From positions 64,001-128,000 of the forward strand of contig CP068257.2 in NCBI GenBank assembly GCA_009914755.4: a stretch of 64,000 nucleotides of DNA. The letters run 5' to 3'. Shown here in pieces: positions 63,999-64,000 of the stretch (positions are counted from its first letter, which is position 1; every line of letters begins with the position of its first letter). This DNA is from the human T2T-CHM13v2.0 reference genome, Homo sapiens. The position numbers and the translations under genes were made by a program. The notes beneath the pieces were generated by a model. The model was not told where the DNA came from and did not search any database. It saw only the letters and a list, made by a program, of their open reading frames with translations.

Positions 63999-64000
63999 TT

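Larger units (their letters stand above)
1126..64000 (+). repeat. Head-to-tail macrosatellite (tandem gene array): 5 type A units (~6.33 kb), 1 hybrid unit, 3 complete type B units (~7.44 kb) plus a partial spacer. The right end is not reached.
   Basis: ATG-to-ATG spacings of the large ORF are 6336, 6329, 6329, 6333, 6346, 7435, 7436 and 7436 bp. All spacer landmarks recur in the same order and orientation. Near-perfect homology to internal units starts abruptly at ~1126 (tcactcccgaccagag vs 7428 tcactcccggccagag). Confidence 0.97.
36250..64000 (+). repeat. Type B sub-array: body of copy 6, copies 7-9 and a trailing partial spacer
   Basis: Period is 7435-7436 bp with a 1377-codon ORF. Spacers differ from type A by many substitutions and small indels, judged by eye. 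Confidence 0.9.

Noticed and set aside
1126-64000. Identity with known human macrosatellites of similar unit size (the ~6.1-kb RNU2 array, D4Z4/DUX4, and others recalled from the literature)
   Set aside because: I found no U2 snRNA sequence, no homeobox-like ORF, and no match between the encoded protein and my memory of those arrays' products. This needs a database search to settle.

Overview
This is primate genomic DNA, not prokaryotic: it carries an Alu and L1 fragments. I recognised no operons, CRISPR, tRNA, rRNA or snRNA genes. Positions 1-1125 are unique flank. They hold a minus-strand Alu with an 11-bp target-site duplication and the 3' end of an old antisense L1. From about 1126 to the window end the sequence is one head-to-tail macrosatellite whose right end is not reached. 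Each unit has a repeat-derived spacer followed by a compact, apparently intronless Pol II gene on the + strand. The spacer contains an antisense L1-like piece, a (TTCC)n tract, unclassified old-repeat debris and a truncated sense L1 3' end. The gene has a GC box, TATTTAAA, and an Inr-like TCAGATC exactly 31 bp downstream. A 320-356 nt leader follows, containing (TCTG)n and (CA/CG)n microsatellites; it is ATG-free in copy 1, the only copy I checked. Then comes one very long ORF, and ATTAAA plus a GU-rich element about 227 nt after the stop. There are two unit classes. Type A is about 6.33 kb with a 993-codon ORF (copies 1-5). Type B is about 7.44 kb with a 1377-codon ORF (copies 7-9, plus a partial tenth spacer). 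Copy 6 sits at the A/B junction, is an A/B mosaic, and carries a 1-bp deletion that breaks the frame. The ORF encodes a Ser/Pro-rich protein built from about 48-residue (144-bp) tandem repeats. Type B has exactly 8 more repeats than type A. Each repeat contains SYSPTTPT, which resembles the RNA polymerase II CTD heptad YSPTSPS, and about 8 Ser/Thr-Pro dipeptides. The C-terminal tail is rich in Cys, His and Arg. I cannot match the protein to a named family from memory. Transposable-element assignments rest on remembered consensus sequences, and nothing here was computed beyond coordinate arithmetic and reading by eye.
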